From Sphaeroforma arctica JP610 (lineage: Eukaryota), in assembly GCF_001186125.1 (NCBI RefSeq), contig NW_014040475.1:93148-130499 (forward strand): a stretch of 37,352 nucleotides of DNA. The letters are read 5' to 3'. The position numbers and the translations under genes were made by a program. Shown here one piece after another: positions 35,876 through 37,352 of this stretch. Numbering within the stretch: the stretch's first letter is position 1; every line of letters begins with the position of its first letter. The notes below the pieces were generated by a model. It saw only the letters and a program-made list of their open reading frames with translations. It ran no database searches and was not told where the DNA came from.

Positions 35876-36776
35876 TTTATGTACAGAAGGGGAAGCGCTA
35901 ATTGGAAATTGAGAAACCGATGATAATCCGGGTGCTTTGTACTAAAAACAATTGGGTCAAATTGGATTTTTGGACATAAATGTTCAGGGTAAATATATGG
36001 TTCAGATTGGAATCTAGGATCTTTTGGATAACTCCATAGGTATGCCAAAAAACCGCATGCAAATTGCAAAACAAAAATCATAGTTGGAAATCTTGAAACC
36101 ACCATATTAATACATACCTGATTTTCTTATCAACACAGTATACACATAGGTATGCCAAAAAAACTGCATGCAAATTGCAAAATAATAATCATAGTTGGAA
36201 ATCTTGAAACCACCATATTAATACATTCCTGATTTTCTTATCAGCACAGTATACACTATACAGCCCTTGTTATAATAATAAAAGACCCAAAAAGGGTGAT
36301 TTTGACCAGTTAGTTTTTTTTCAGTACAAAGTACCCGGATAAGGATTTCCAATTTTCCAGTTTATTTAGCGCATCCTCTTCATAAATCTCATATTGTATA
36401 TATTTTATATATAAAAATGATTTTTTTTTTAAATTATTTTGTATGTACGGTGTAGTACTGTACATAAATTCAATTATTATTATTTATATATATACATTTT
36501 TTTTAAATCAATTGGTAAAAAAAATCTGGTTCAAAATACGAATTTTTGAGCTTGCCCTTCGTTTGTCGGTACATATAGTCATATTTATACCTCTGGTGGC
36601 GTAGGTCTCGTATATATATGGAGTCGTCCAAAAGATCTTAGATACCAATTTGAACCATATATTTACACAGAATATTTTTATTTAAAAACTCAATTTGATC
36701 CAGTTCAGCAAATACAGAGCAAACAATATTCCATTAATTTTCTTAATTTCCGATTTGTTCCGGCCCCTCCATGTCT
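35876..36776. mobile_element. Putative non-autonomous foldback/MITE-like element
   Basis: 35953-36038 is an imperfect reverse complement of 36617-36702, extending more weakly out to 35881/36775. 36301-36387 is a second inverted copy of 35875-35961. No credible ORF; no target-site duplication identified. Confidence 0.45.
36035..36256. repeat. 110-bp tandem duplication
   Basis: cataggtatgccaaaaaa...cacagtatacac starting at 36035 and 36145. Confidence 0.9.
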
Positions 36777-37167
36777 TTGACCCTCTCTAGTAGTAGATGA
36801 AGAAATAGAACTAAATAAAATATAGGAGATCGAGGCCATCAAGATGCCCATGGCCCCAACCCCAATATACAACAACAAAAATGTGTTCTCTCATCTGTGA
36901 CAGTCATCACTCATCACTCATTGGCAGTCTGCAGTTGAGCAGTTATGCACTCTGCACTCTGCACTGAGACTGCAGTGATGCAGTCTGCACTCTACAGTCA
37001 TCACTTTGTGAAACATTAAAAATACAAAGCCTTCGTTTGAAAATTGAACATCAAATCATGCTGTGATATCTTCTTTTTATTAAACTATGTAAATAAAATT
37101 AAAGCGTATCCGCATAATTCTCAGCAATTCTAATCCAAGAACTTCAAGCATAGCCTCATATGACATC

Positions 37168-37352
37168 ATAAAGTACTTGCAATTCGTCTTGGCGACCGGA
37201 GTGTCTGTCTTTAAGGTCATATCTGCAGCCTGTACAGCAACCAGCTTTGAACTTACTGGCGTTGCGACTGAAACGCGTCTGTGCGACTCTACCTACGTGG
37301 GCGCAACTTGCAACGCGTAGACAGATCCTCAACCGGACTACAATCTGTGTGT
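37168..37352 (+). pseudogene. Inverted pseudogene copy of the 5' end of the 31573-33489 gene; runs off the window
   Basis: Close match to the reverse complement of ~33305-33489, with similarity extending upstream to ~37100. ATG>ATA at 37168-37170; CAG>TAG (Q51*) at 37318-37320; C37R. Confidence 0.85.

Overview
Intron-rich eukaryotic DNA with GT-AG introns full of (TA)n/(TG)n microsatellites and local tandem duplications. A unicellular holozoan such as an ichthyosporean is a guess from intron style only. Most short ORFs in the track are artefacts; the real genes had to be spliced by hand. (1) 621-2274 (+): last four exons of an ERp18/TXNDC12/AGR-family thioredoxin-fold protein with a CQAS (CxxS) site and C-terminal RSEL. 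(2) 5733-30234 (+): a 30-exon gene whose splice phases all close into one ORF (5178 nt, about 1725 aa). It encodes a signal peptide, a ~164-aa acidic segment with no K/R/H, four tandem transferrin-like lobes, an S/P-rich stalk, one transmembrane helix and a short cytoplasmic tail. This four-lobed, membrane-spanning transferrin-like protein is the main finding. (3) 31573-33489 (-): intronless secreted Cys-rich protein with an RRRRRR convertase site and a GPI-type C-terminus. (4) From about 37100 to the window end (+): an inverted, pseudogenised copy of gene 3 (ATG>ATA, Q51*). The AT-rich spacer between 3 and 4 holds a foldback-like element. Exon boundaries and residue alignments were read by eye, without transcript or database support.
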